Assembly: GCA_051294375.1 (NCBI GenBank)
Contig: CM119268.1
Span: 6,143,525 to 6,207,524, forward strand
DNA: 64,000 bases
Direction of reading: 5' to 3'
DNA from: Paraspadella gotoi
Lineage: Eukaryota; Animalia; Chaetognatha
Shown here: in pieces, positions 39,420 through 52,505 of the stretch
Numbering within the stretch: the stretch's first letter is position 1
Layout of the letters: each line of letters starts with the position of its first letter
The notes under the pieces: model-generated
Databases searched by the model: none
The model's input: the letters and a program-made list of their open reading frames with translations, nothing else
Told to the model about the DNA's origin: nothing
Program-made: the position numbers and the translations under genes

Positions 39420-41690
39420 CCACAGCCCGCCGTGGCCCCTTGCCCTTCAAATGCGCAGGACCCGCTGGGACACCGCTCGCCTCTCAAGTGAGTCGAGAGT
39501 CCCGCGACCCCCATTGACAATGTTTCACGATGCGGACAACCAGAAGCGGTACTTGGCTCCCAGAGAGAAGAACTTCCCCTTACCCAGACTGCTCGCAGAG
39601 AGTAGTCGAGCGACTTCGGGACCCGAACATACCCAATGGTTCGACGCACTGATTAACCGGTGATTTGAAGCCGGCAGTCCCGCTGTGGGACCACCCTCGC
39701 CCCTTCCTTGCGTTATCGGACAAGCCCAGATGACCTGGCGATTCACGAGGTCCGTGACCCCATTGACAAATATTTTCACACGCGGACAACCAAGAGCGAT
39801 ACTTAGGCTCGGAGAAAAGAAACTTCCCTTACCTAGAACTTGCCCGGTAGAGAGTAGTCGAGTCGACTCTCGGGAACCCGAACTACCCATGGTCGACGCG
39901 TGTATTACCGACGATTTGGAAGCCGCAGTCCGCCGTGGGACACCCTCGGCCCTTGCGAATGGACCAGACCGTGGGCCCTGGCGATCACGAGGTCCCCGAC
40001 CCCTCCATTGAGAAATGTTCACACGCGGGACAACCAAGAGCTACTTTAGGCATCAGAAAAGAACTTCCCCTTGACCCAGACGTCCCGTAGATGAGTAGTC
40101 GGTCGACCTCGACCCAATAACTACCAATGGTTCGACGCGTGTATACTGACGATTTGGAAGCCCAGTCCCGCCGTGGGGACACCGCTCGGCCCTGTGCGTT
40201 AATTGGACCAACCGTGGCCTGGCGATCACGAGGGCCCGCGACCCCCATTGAGAAATGTTTTCACTACGCGGACAAACCAAGAAGCGGTACTTAGCTCAGA
40301 GAAAGAACTCCCGACCCAGCCTGCCCGTAGAGAGTATTCGAGTCGACTCTCGGGACCCGAACTACCAATTGTTCCGACGCGTGTATTACCGACAATTTGG
40401 AAGCCGCAGTCCCGCGTGGGACCACCGCTCGCCCCCCTTGCTAATTGGACAAGCCGGTGGCCTGCGATCCAGCGGAGGCTTCCGCGACCCCATTGATAAA
40501 TGTCTTTCACACGCGGACAACCAAGAGCTGGGGTACTTAAGGCCAGAGAAAAGAACTTCCCCTTACCCAGACGTGCCGTAGAGAGTAGTCGAGTCGGGAC
40601 TCTCTCGGGACCCGAAACTAACCCAATGGCGAACGCATGCATTTACCGACGATTTGAAGCCGCAGTACCCGCCATGGGACACCGCCGGCCCCTTGCGTAA
40701 TTGACCAGACGGGGCCTGGCGATCACGAGAGTTCCCGCGATCCCCATGATAAAGTTTTCATCACGGCGGACAACCAAGACGTACTAGGCTCAGAGAAAGA
40801 ATTAAACCCTTACCCAGACGTGCCCGTAGAGAGTAGTCGAGTCGACTCTCGGGACCCGAACTAACCCAATGTTCGAACGCGTGTATTACCGACGATTTGG
40901 AAGTGCAGTCCACCGTGCGCGGACCACCGCTCGGCCCTTCGTAATTGGACCAGACCGTGTCCTGCGATCACGAGGGTCCCGCGTCCCCCATTGAGAAATT
41001 TTTCACAACGCGGACAACCAGAGCGTTACTTAGCTCAGAGAAAGAACTTCCCCTTACCCAGACGTGCCGTAGAGAGATAAGTCGATCGACTTCGGGACCC
41101 GAACTTACCCAATAGCTTCGACGCGTGTATTACCGACGATTTGGAAGCCGCATCCCGCCTTGGGACACCGCTCCGCCCCTTGCGTAATTGGACCAGGACC
41201 GTGGGCCTGGCGATCACGAGGTCCGCGACCCCATTGAGAAATGTTTTCACACGCGGGAACAACCAAGAGCCGGTACTTAGCTCAGAGAAAAACTTCCCCT
41301 TACCCCAACGCTCGTATGAGAGTAGTGCGAGTCGACTCTCGGCCCGAAACTACCCAATGGTTCGAACGCATCATTTACCGTGATTTTGAAGCCGCAGTCC
41401 CGCGTGGACACCGCTCGGCCCCTTTGCGTGATCGGACAAGCCGGATGCCTGGCAATCACGAGGGTCCGTCCCATGACCCCCATGACAAATATTTCACACG
41501 CGGACAACCAAAGGAGCGGTACTTAGGCTCGGGAGAAATGAACTTCCCTACCGGACTTGCCCGTAGAGATTTAGTCGAGTCGACTTCTCGGACCCGAACT
41601 ATCCCAATGGTCACGCAGTATTACCGACAATTGGAGGCCGCAGTCCCACCATGGGACCACCGCTTCGGTTTCTCATCAAATACCCATGAC
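39420..41690 (+). repeat. GC-rich tandem satellite, ~245-bp unit, ~9 copies, with two sub-variants
   Basis: Recurrent gaagccgcagtcccgccgtgggacaccgctcggcc...cccccattgagaaatgttttcacacgcggacaaccaagagcggtacttaggctcagagaaaagaacttccccttacccagacgtgcccgtagagagtagtcgagtcgactctcgggacccgaactacccaatggttcgacgcg. Confidence 0.93.
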
Positions 41691-42067
41691 CTCAGGAAGC
41701 CGCAGTCCACTGTGGACACGCTCAGGTCTTCTCAAATCATCTTTCATTACTATGAGCATCCCCGCTGTCCATGCTTTTATATACCCGTCCGCCTGTTTCC
41801 TGCTTAGGCTGAAACTTGTATTTTGCTATAAACTATGCCTCGGAAGCCGCAGTCCCACAACGGGACACCACTTCAGCTAGTTCATACATCTTCATTTTCG
41901 CAGACCAACCCCGCGAGGGTCTGCTTTCATGCCTGTCCGCGTGTTTTAAAACTTAGCTACACGGGACCGGACTGTCCCCCTACTTTTTGTTCTCTCACCA
42001 TGTGTAGTTCCTCGAACATATGGAAATTAAAATACATGTTTATTACATGCATTAATGGCATGAATCT

Positions 42068-43805
42068 TTAGGCAGTCAAAAGGGAAACAGTCAAAGCTAC
42101 ATCCCCGTACCCTCTTCCGACCCCCCGACCCAGTTGGTGAGTCTGACGGATCAAGTTTACGCACCGTAAACGTTTTTCCGATGACTTACATTCCTGCCGA
42201 ATTCGCGAGTAACTAGATCGTTCAACTTCGATGATTGCGCGGACCTTTTGTGCATCCGATCCGCGAAGGTAAAAGACTGACGCTGAAATCACTGTGCGTG
42301 TGACCAAGGCCTGGGCAAGCGCTTGCCCTGTCCCCGTTCCGGCGTCTCAGCGCCTCCAGTGGCCACAGCACGCCGAGAGTTGTTATGTTTTGAAACCATC
42401 AATTCCCCGGGACCTAGCAAGGTCGGAAGGATAGGGCAAAGGCCGAGTTCCCCGAGCCTGGCATCATACTGCGAGGAAATATGATTACCGTGGGCTGCAC
42501 GTTTGAAGAAGACGTATGGCGAATTAAAACTAGCAGAAGCCCTTTGACAAGGGATCATTACGACATATGCATCCGGAGGCTTTAATCTTTCGCCATTCGG
42601 ACCTGCACTACCCCTAAGGCCCGGACTTCCCGCGTTCACCCCCGCGTTGTAGATTGATGAAAGGGTAAGGCGGCAAGAATTTCCCAGCCGTTTGCATTTC
42701 GTTGGGAGAACCACCTTCCAAAGCCACATATGCCGAAGACGAAATGTATTCAGTCCGTGTTATAGCTCGCTTCTGCCCGACCGAGAATATCCAAAAAGCG
42801 ATGGATCGTCTACGTGGTCTCGAAAGAGGGGACGTAGTACTTTAAATCTTGTCCTACCGGTTGTTTGTCAGGGTAACCTTGTCTGTCTGACGCGTTTTTG
42901 CCTTTGTGGTCACGCGGATGTCATCCCAGATCACCCTATCTATCTCTGACGGCCTCCATATTCCCGCGCGTGGCGACGAGCGGACATACGATAAGACTCC
43001 GAGGCTGGAGAGACCGCTACACTGCGCGTAGTAGGGACCGTCGATAGGGACAAAAACTTTCAAGTTTTTTTGTTCAAAAGGGTATTCTGCGCTGAAAGGA
43101 TGGCAGAAAGCCATTTGAACCGGCCAATTGAACAGAATACCGGCAGAACACCGTTAGCGCGAAGTAGCGGTCGTCCATCCAACTACGTAGATCATCCGGG
43201 AGTTTAGCTTGGGAATCTGTAAGCAGGGAAAAAGGTTACCGTGAACAGCCCTTCCCGAAAATTATCAGCGGCGTTACCTACGTTACCCCTCCCTCCCACG
43301 AATTACCTTGGGAGAAGGAGTACGAACACAGGAGACCATGGGACCGAGTGTGGAAGAAGATGGGCTGTTGGAAGGGGTAGAGAGAATCATAAAAGGTCTC
43401 AACAGCCGGTTCCGCCTCTACGACCTTCCATCTGTCCTGGAGGCCGTTGTCATTATTTTCTCCGGGCTCGTTGGAATCTCCAATTAGCGGCGTGCAGGGG
43501 CATCGGGCCAGTTTTTCCATCAAAGAATAGCCACAGTTTTTGTCTTGCGCGGCCTCAAGTCCTCTCCCTCCGATAGTTGAAGCGTCGCATTCGGAACCGT
43601 GCGTGTTCCAAAAGTGTTCACGAAGTCGTGCCATAAGTGTGCCGTTGCAACCATTGCATTCATTTTCGGGACACGGGAAGCAGTCTCTTCCCACAGCGAA
43701 ATTTTTTACCCATTTTTCGTTCGCGGATTTTGCCCATGTTATTCCTTTCCCGCGGGTTTCTCGTGGGTAATTCTTTGTTACATTCGAGGCAAGAAATGAG
43801 TCCAT
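42068..43805 (-). CDS. Orphan spliced gene or gene relic with one C2H2-like zinc finger; frameshifted (probably by read errors)
   Basis: ATG at 43805 begins a frame containing FPCPENECNGCNGTLMARLREHFWNTHG (C-x4-C-x13-H-x4-H). A 90-nt GTAATT...TTACAG intron (43306-43217) joins in frame to DSQAKLPDDLRSWMDDRYFALTVFCRYSV. Further same-strand ORF pieces lie at 43114-42854, 42729-42289 and 42307-42068. Confidence 0.5.
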
Positions 43806-44089
43806 AGTTAGCAAAAACAGCAAATGATCGATCCCCTTGCTTGCGAGATCGCTTCATAGCCTACCGTAACTATGGTCTAATTACTGCTGGCTCATTCGCT
43901 CTCAGTCACGGTAGAGAAACGAATTTTTATAAGGTCACCCGCGTGAAACCTTAGGCTGACTTTACCTCGTTTTTCCCTTCCCCCGACGATCGAGACCACA
44001 CGGGGGCCATTTGGGACTTTCTTCTATATTCGCGCTTTTACCGGGCTTTTCCATCGTTCGCGGGTATTGTTGTCAATTTCGCTCGGCCT

Positions 44090-45170
44090 CGAGATTTTCT
44101 CCCGCGATCGCCCTGACGGGTCACGGCGAGTCACGGTTCGATACCCGTGCATGCACGACTTTTTTTAATATATTTTATTTTTTTACCCCCGGATCGCCCT
44201 GACGAGTTCACGGCGATTCTCCGGACTTATCTGCGCTATGTATATACAAAAAATTGGCGATGGCGCGGACAATTGAGAAAAGCCTAGCGAGGGACGAAGA
44301 ACCCAGCTTCGGGCCGATCGCCTAGATTTTCCCCTTAGAGAAGCGCCCGCCCTACCCCGAGTCACGGCGGGCACGGGTTCGATTAACCCGCTCATGCACA
44401 ACTTTTTTTTTTAAATAATATATAGTTTTTTTTTACCCCCGGGATCGCCTGACGGAGTCACGCGATTCTCCGACCTTATCTGATGCGCTTATTTAATTAC
44501 AAAAAATTTGGGACGGCGCGGACATTGAGAAAAGCCTTACGAGGAGCGAAGACCCAAGCTTCGCGATCGCCTAGATTTTCCCTTAGGAGAACCCGCCTTG
44601 ACGGAGCACGGCGATCACGCGTTCGATACCGTGCATGCACCACCTTTTTTTTAAATATTTATTTTTTTTTACCCCCGGATCGCCGACGAAGACGGCGATC
44701 TCCGGACATATTCTGCGCTTATTTATATAGAATAATGGGACGGCGGCGGCTTCATTCAAAGGCATGCCTCCGCCGACTTTTTCTCTTTACCTCTTATCAC
44801 ACACTTCCCCTCGCCTTTTTCACCTCGTATTAACTTTTGAAACGAACGAATGAACTCCCGTTTGACGTTTCATCTTTTCATGAAATTTCTCCCCGCGACC
44901 CGCCCTGACAGAAAGTCACGTGACAATATCACGGATCGATGCAATCCCCATTGCAGTGCACCCTTGTTTTTTATTAATCTTTTTTTACCACCTGTAGCTT
45001 TCCTCGCTCTGCCCTTCGTTTCAACCGCGGGAGTATCTATAAGTAGATGAACCCGGGTTCGAACGTTTCACCGTTTCATGAAATTCTTGCCCCCGCGGAT
45101 CGCTATGACGGATCACGGCCATGTTCTCGGGATCGGAATCCACTTAATGCACACGCATTTTGATAGTATT
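44090..45170 (+). repeat. Second ~245-bp tandem array (about 3 units plus degenerate copies) with a recurrent ccccggatcgccctgacggagtcacggcga motif
   Basis: Units at ~44105, 44350 and 44595 share gttcgatacccgtgcatgcac-polyT-accccggatcgcc...attgagaaaagcct...gatcgcctagattttcccctt. Confidence 0.85.
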
Positions 45171-45994
45171 TTATTCTGCTATAATACGCTGCGTGCTGCT
45201 CTCCTCCGTTCTTCGCCTCCTCGTGTGCTACAGCCGCGTCGGGGATATCTGCTCAACTCTGCGGTTCCACGATCGCCGATGGATCGCCGAAAAATTCCGT
45301 TGTCCTATCTGTATTAGTGACCGTTTATTCTTGCAGCCGGCCAGACGCTATTCATTTTCTTTCGACAGCGCTTTCCAAGTAATCTCAAATCTTTACCTTT
45401 TGTCTGACGATCGCCGTGTTTTGTTGGTGTACGGTTACTTCGGACTTAAGAGAACACTTATTTTATGATATGTTCTACCATATAAGACTCGTGATCCCTC
45501 AGTTGCACCATTTCCTCCTTACCAGAATATCCTGGAGGAGAAAGAAGACTTTGTCTTGGTCAGCACCTAATTGCCGTCTCCCCGGTGCGCATTCAAAGTC
45601 GTCAGCAGACAACCGATGGCTATCAGTCCTCACGCTCTTTTTGCGCTCGATACGCTGCCTGGCGCGTGCTTACACATAGGAAAATTTCGACTTACACTAC
45701 AAAATAGTCATTTCCCGAAGGATAACAAACGTTAAAGAGAACTCTCTATAAGGAGTAGAGAGAGATCACCCATAATTTCAGAAAATAAAGCGACCCCATT
45801 TCTCCCATATATATAAGAAATCGTTAGAAAAAAAATTTATGTCCACGGCAGGCACAACATTATGAACAAGCCATTGTTTATAAATAGCGGAAAGTTTGTC
45901 TAAATGTTGCTTAGTGGCGCGAGATTTTAGGCGATGTGCATCAACGGAGGATGGCAACAAAAAATACTAAACTCGCAAATCAAAAAATAGTATA

Positions 45995-46420
45995 ATTGTA
46001 CTACTTAGGGTTGAGCAGTTATTCCCAGAAAAATAACTACAATATTTGAACTACAGGTTAGGTTTACAGTTTACGTTGATATTTACATGAAACGTAATAC
46101 AATGTATAGATTCTTGCCCTAGGGTTAGGTGTTTGAAGAGTTTTACAAACATCAAAAAATAAGGACAGTATTGAGTTTTTCGAGAGTAAGGTTAGTTTTC
46201 AGGGTAATTTTACAAACGACGTTTATTAGCTTAGGCGTATAGGATGAAAGTTTACCAAGAAGTATAAAAATATAGACATATTAATTTTTTAGTTAGGTTA
46301 GGGTATTTGGTTTACAAAACCGCACTGTTTTCTTTAGCTAGGTAGGTTGAGCGATTACAAAATTAAAAACTTAAGGAGTTTTGAGTTTTTGTGACGTTTA
46401 GTTTGTTAGGGTGATTATAT
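45995..46420 (+). repeat. Degenerate AT-rich repeat with interspersed TTAGGG/TTAGG blocks
   Basis: ttagggttgag, ggttaggttt, ctagggttagg and ttaggttaggg recur about every 50-70 bp, with ttttacaaa spacers. Confidence 0.55.
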
Positions 46421-46575
46421 GAGAGTTATAACCTATACGTTCAGAGAATATTACAAAATTATTCTCAACCCTTCTCTGCCTCCCCCCTTCTCCTCCTCCC
46501 CCCCCCCGCTCTCCCTCTCTCCCCCCCCCTCCTTCTCCCTCCCTCCCCCCCTCCCCTCCCTCCCTCCCCTTCCTC

Positions 46576-46610
<35 letters not shown>

Positions 46611-46614
46611 CTCC

Positions 46615-46652
<38 letters not shown>

Positions 46653-48345
46653 TCTTCAAAAAGAGAACACCTGTTAAATTTTTAATAACCATAAAGAGAG
46701 AAAAAATAAGGCCAGAGCGACACAGGTTTTTGGAAGGGAAACGGCACACACGGATTTTTCAAGGTAACGTGTGTAGGACGACAAAAGGAGTTAAAAGTGT
46801 TTAGAAAGGGGTCTGCTGATAAGAATGTAAAATATTTTAGATGCAAAACGAAAGAGAATACTTTAACGCCTTCATTTCATGTGGGTTGTGTGGTGTGTGA
46901 TAATAAGTATTATTGTATCAAGAGTAAGAACTCATTATATTTATTGACTAGCACGAGAATCACATATAAGAACAATAGACGGGATTAAGTGTTGTAGTCG
47001 GGGGATACGCACTGCGTGCGACTTTTAGAATGGTATCAGATGAGACGATGTCGATGTCGGCAGGAGTGTGGAAATTTGGTAGGGAAGAAGTTTGATCTAG
47101 TTATATATTTATTTTGTTAGCAGAGAACATAATTATATCAACACACATCAAATCTGACTAATTAGGAGAGATATGTTAGGAGTCTAATTTGAACACTTAA
47201 GGTCCGATTCTAAGAATGATTTGAGTCGATTTAACAAGAATAAATTGGGATAACCTGGTGGATTTTATTTACGGATAGGAAATATAACAAATACTGAACC
47301 TATGATTTAAACTTGACAGTTCGTGTAATGATTAACTTAAAATTTAATGATAATTTTTAACAATAGACGGCGTTAAGAGCCAGATCTTTTTTATAAATAA
47401 CTAGAGTCTTCCACCCTTGTAACTTTCGCCACTCACGGTATGTTTTCTTTTTTGCAAGAATTTGATTCGTCATATCTATATTTAAACATTAGTGCTACCA
47501 CAAGTCTTTTTGGAATCCTTTCCTTAAGTGATACCTAACATATATATAGAAGACATATGATATTAGCGTGAGTATTATCACATTTTCATAATAAATATAT
47601 AGTATGATATATAAAATATTAGCGATAAGTAAATTAGTTTATATTTAATAATATGATAGGTATTTATTTTATGTGATAGTGAAGATAATGCTGATTGTAG
47701 CAAGCATTGAATTGTGCTGTTCCCATAGATAATACAGACTTAAAGCTTATATATTATAAGATTGTTTCTTTTTATAGGTGTATACCATTATATTTAAATG
47801 AAGGTGAAAACTGACGTAAATATATAAAATCTAATTATACTCTTTAATTTGTTCAAGTATAATGTCTTTTTTCATTAAATTAATAGACTTTTAGCTTTCG
47901 TACATTCATGTTATGCAACTGGAACCGATTATCATTGATATATACTAAAGTTGATGCTAGACATACTCGTGTATATGTACGTCTATGAAAATAATGATTA
48001 TTTTCCTACTATCTCACACGGTATACTCCAAAAATGTGTTGTACATTTTATAATTGTTCGGTGGCATTCGGCAGCTACCGACATCTGAAAACGAATGACG
48101 ACAACGCGATACCCGCCCGCAAATTGAATCTGACACCTGAAAAAGAAATTATATTTTCACCAGTTGTCCGGATTTAGGCGGGCATGTCCGTTGTACTGTT
48201 TCTTGGTTCTTCCGTTGATTATCTACGTTTATTGTATAGTTTTCATCTATGTTCTATCTTCTTAAATCGGTTGAAAGAACGAAGAAAATTCTGGTGTGGA
48301 GCGGAAAAGCCCTCCAGTGAAGCGAAAACCAGAGAAAGAGAGACG

Positions 48346-48383
<38 letters not shown>

Positions 48384-49941
48384 GGTTATTCCGCTTTCAC
48401 GAGGGCTTTCACGCTCCACCACCGAATTTTCTTCGTTCCTTCACACCCCAACTATTTTCACTGTCAGAATTCACATCCCGCGTTTCGTTTTTACCCCAAA
48501 TTTTTTTACCTTCTTTACTTGAGATATTTTTTTTTCTAACTCAATTTAACTTCTCCCTTTTTTATATCTTCCTCATCTTTATTTGAAATATTCTTTGGTC
48601 TTATTTAATATCTTCTTTTCCCTTCTTTAATATATATATAACCCTTATTTAATATCTTTTTTACTCTTATTTGATATCTTCCTCACCCTCATTTAATATC
48701 TTCCTTATACTTATCTAATACCTTCCTTTTTCTAGTTTGTATCATCCTCACCCTTATTTAATATATATCTTACTCTACTTTTATAACTCCTTAACCCTTA
48801 ACCCTTCTTAATTTATATCTTCCACTTTTTTAATCAATAGTTCCCTATTGTTAAATTCATATCCGTAAATAAATCCACCCCAGGTTATCCCAATTTCCTT
48901 ATTAAATCATCAATAAATCCTTCCGCCATCCTGTCCAAATCATCCCTAAATCATACTCATATATTTTTTTCTAATTCCTCAAAAAATCTTCTACAAATCC
49001 TTCGCAAAGCCATCAAAAATTCTTCCAAAATATTCCACAAATCTTCCACAAATCCTCCCCGAATATTCCACAAATCTTCCACAAATCCTCCCCAAATCTT
49101 TCCCTCCCTTGTTNNNNNNNNNNNNNNNNNNNNNNNNNNNNNNNNNNNNNNNNNNNNNNNNNNNNNNNNNNNNNNNNNNNNNNNNNNNNNNNNNNNNNNN
49201 NNNNNNNNNNNNNNNNNNNNNNNNNNNNNNNNNNNNNNNNNNNNNNNNNNNNNNNNNNNNNNNNNNNNNNNNNNNNNNNNNNNNNNNNNNNNNNNNNNNN
49301 NNNNNNNNNNNNNNNNNNNNNNNNNNNNNNNNNNNNNNNNNNNNNNNNNNNNNNNNNNNNNNNNNNNNNNNNNNNNNNNNNNNNNNNNNNNNNNNNNNNN
49401 NNNNNNNNNNNNNNNNNGAGAGAGAGAGATAGAGATAGAGAGAAGGTTGAGAATAATTTTGTACAATATTCTGAACCGTAAGTTAAAAAAAAGAAGTATT
49501 CGAGCATTTCTTGTTTATTCGGCGATGTAATAAATAGATTTTTATCAAAGATTAGAATCGCTTAACACCGTACTCGTACATATCACGGATAACTATCCGT
49601 GTTTTCACAAGACTTTTTTACGAAAAAGTTTACGCATGAAAGTTTTTCCTTAATCTTAATATAAAATCCATANNNNNNNNNNNNNNNNNNNNNNNNNNNN
49701 NNNNNNNNNNNNNNNNNNNNNNNNNNNNNNNNNNNNNNNNNNNNNNNNNNNNNNNNNNNNNNNNNNNNNNNNNNNNNNNNNNNNNNNNNNNNNNNNNNNN
49801 NNNNNNNNNNNNNNNNNNNNNNNNNNNNNNNNNNNNNNNNNNNNNNNNNNNNNNNNNNNNNNNNNNNNNNNNNNNNNNNNNNNNNNNNNNNNNNNNNNNN
49901 NNNNNNNNNNNNNNNNNNNNNNNNNNNNNNNNNNNNNNNNN

Positions 49942-49976
<35 letters not shown>

Positions 49977-50627
49977 TAAACCTCCGTAAACACTGAACAC
50001 TAAACATGACCTCAAAGAATAAAAAAGGGTCAACGAAGGACGCATTATTTTTTGGGGAAAAAAAAAGAAAAGAAAAGAAAAGAAAAGAAAAAAGGGAAAA
50101 AGAGGAAAAAGGAAAGTCGGACGATTTCGACTCAATTACGATAAAAACGCGATTCACTGTTTTGTGATAAGTCGGAGAAGCGTGAAGAGAGAGAGAGAGA
50201 GAGAGAGANNNNNNNNNNNNNNNNNNNNNNNNNNNNNNNNNNNNNNNNNNNNNNNNNNNNNNNNNNNNNNNNNNNNNNNNNNNNNNNNNNNNNNNNNNNN
50301 NNNNNNNNNNNNNNNNNNNNNNNNNNAATGCAAGAATCGAGTCCCTAACCATGATCCCTAACCTGGTCCTAACCGCAAATTCTTAACCTAATTCTTTATA
50401 TCTAAAAAATAATTCAATTTTCGAATTTAAGATGAAATGGGGCGTTTGAGGTAAATAAAGCCAAAAAGGAAAATGAAAGGATGAGATCGGAAATAATAAA
50501 AGAATCGAAATGATTTAATTAAAAAACGAAAAGAAAGAAAAGATAAGTAAAGAGAAGAATAAAAGTAAGGAAGAAATATAAAGAAAGTAATAATCTAAAT
50601 ATCACCTTCATGCGTCGATTACTTATC

Positions 50628-50754
<127 letters not shown>

Positions 50755-51474
50755 AGCATCACCATAGCAACACCATGGAATCGCCTCGTCAGAGTAAAGA
50801 AGCTTTGAAGTTCTCAACTCCAGTGGAAGGGAAGAATGATGAAGGAGGAAGAGGAGGAGAAGGAGGAGGAAGAAGAAGAAGAAGAAGTTGATTTTGATGG
50901 ATAATTTAGTTCTAATAGAAATTATCGTTATTAATTTGCAAACTGAACCGTGCGAAAATGAAATGCCGTTTAGTGGAGTTTAAGAAATTTGATATCTCCC
51001 TTTGTTTCTTTTTCTCTCTCTCTTTGTATATCTTTCTAAACATATTTCTCTTTATCTCTCTCTCTTTATCCCTCCCCTATTCCTTTACCTGTCTTCAGTT
51101 TAAACCACCATTTTCGTTCCATTTTAAGAATTTACGCTCTCATTCTTTTCCTCCTCCTCCTCTTCCTCCTCCTCCTCCTCTTCCAACCCCGCCCATCAGG
51201 CGCGATATTCAGTCACCCTTGACTCTTCCTATTCTATCCTCTCCTCCTTCTTTCTTTCTTTTCCTCCCTTTTCTTCCTTCTCTATTCTTTCCTCCATTTT
51301 TTTCCTCTTTTCTGTTTCTCTTCTCTTTTCTCTCGTCCCTTTTCTTTCATCTTCTTTTCTTTTTTTTTCTCCTTTTCCTTCCTATTTTTTTGTCTCTTTT
51401 CTTTTTTTCTTTCCTCTTTTTTCTACATTCTCTTTTCTTTCCTCCCTTTNNNNNNNNNNNNNNNNNNNNNNNNN

Positions 51475-52505
51475 GGTAAGGGAAAGTTTCTTTGCTCTAG
51501 CCTAAGTACCGCTCTTGGTGAGTGACCGCGGGTGTGAAACATTTCTCAGATGGGGTCGCGGGATACCCTCGTGATTCGCCAGGGCCACCGGGCTTGTCCT
51601 GATCACGCAAGAAGGGGCCGAGACGGTTTCCCACGGCGTGACCTGCGGCTTCAAATCACCGGGTAATCATGCGTCGAACCTATAGGGTAGTTCGGTCCGA
51701 GAGTCGCACTCGACTACTCTCTACGGGCACGTCTGTGGTAAGGGCAAGTTCTTTTCTCTGATCCAAGTACCGCTCTTGGTTGTCCGCGTGGTGAAAACAT
51801 TTCTCAATGGGGGTCGCGGGACCCTCGATGATCGCCAGGGCCCCACGCGACTGCGTCCAATTACGCAGGGGAGCCGAGCGGTGTCCACGGCTGGGACTGC
51901 GGCTTTTCCAATATCGTCGCAGGTAATACACGCGTCGCACACCATTGGTAGCTTTCGGGTCGGGCGAGAGTCGACTCCGACTACTCTCTACAGGCACGTC
52001 TTGGGTAAGGGGAAGTTCTTTCTCTAGCCTAAGGTACCGCCCTCTTGGTTGTCCACGTGTGAAAAACATTATCTCAATGGGGTCGCGGGACCCTTGTGAT
52101 TCGCCAGGGCCACCGGCTGTCCGTCATGCAAGAAGGGGCCGAGCGGTGTCCCACGGCGGGACTGCGGCTTCAAATCACGGTAACTGCATTTGCGTCGAAC
52201 CATTTGGGTAGTTCGGGTTCCCGAGAGCGACTCGACTCTCTCTACGGCACCGTTTGGGGCGATAAGGTGAAGTCTCTTTCTCTGCAGCCTAAGTACCGCT
52301 CTTTTGGTTGTCCGGCGTGTGAAAACTTTCTCAATGGGAGGGTCGCGGGACCCTTCGTGATCGCCAGGCCCAGGTACCTGAGTTCCCAAATTACCGCAAG
52401 GCGGGCTGCTATTCTACACCCCGGCTTCCTACGACGCCCGCGGAGCGTGATCCCACGGCGGGACTGCTGGCTTCCAAAATCGTCATTGGTTAATCACGCG
52501 TCTAA
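51475..52505 (-). repeat. Second locus of the ~245-bp GC-rich satellite (~4 units, opposite orientation to 39420-41690)
   Basis: Reverse-complement units: ggtaaggggaagttcttttctctgagcctaagtaccgctcttggttgtccgcgtgtgaaaacatttctcaatggggtcgcgggacc...gtcccacggcgggactgcggcttc. Confidence 0.92.

Noticed and set aside
39420-41690. Satellite A as a CRISPR array, retrozyme/hammerhead array or repeat-protein gene
   Set aside because: There are no unique spacers and no cas genes. No CUGANGA/GAAA hammerhead core was seen. My by-eye + strand consensus has stops, and a continuous minus-strand frame cannot be shown given the indels.
46690-48200. Possible gene or foreign insert in complex AT-rich sequence
   Set aside because: No sustained ORF or recognisable motif; it looks like low-quality read sequence.
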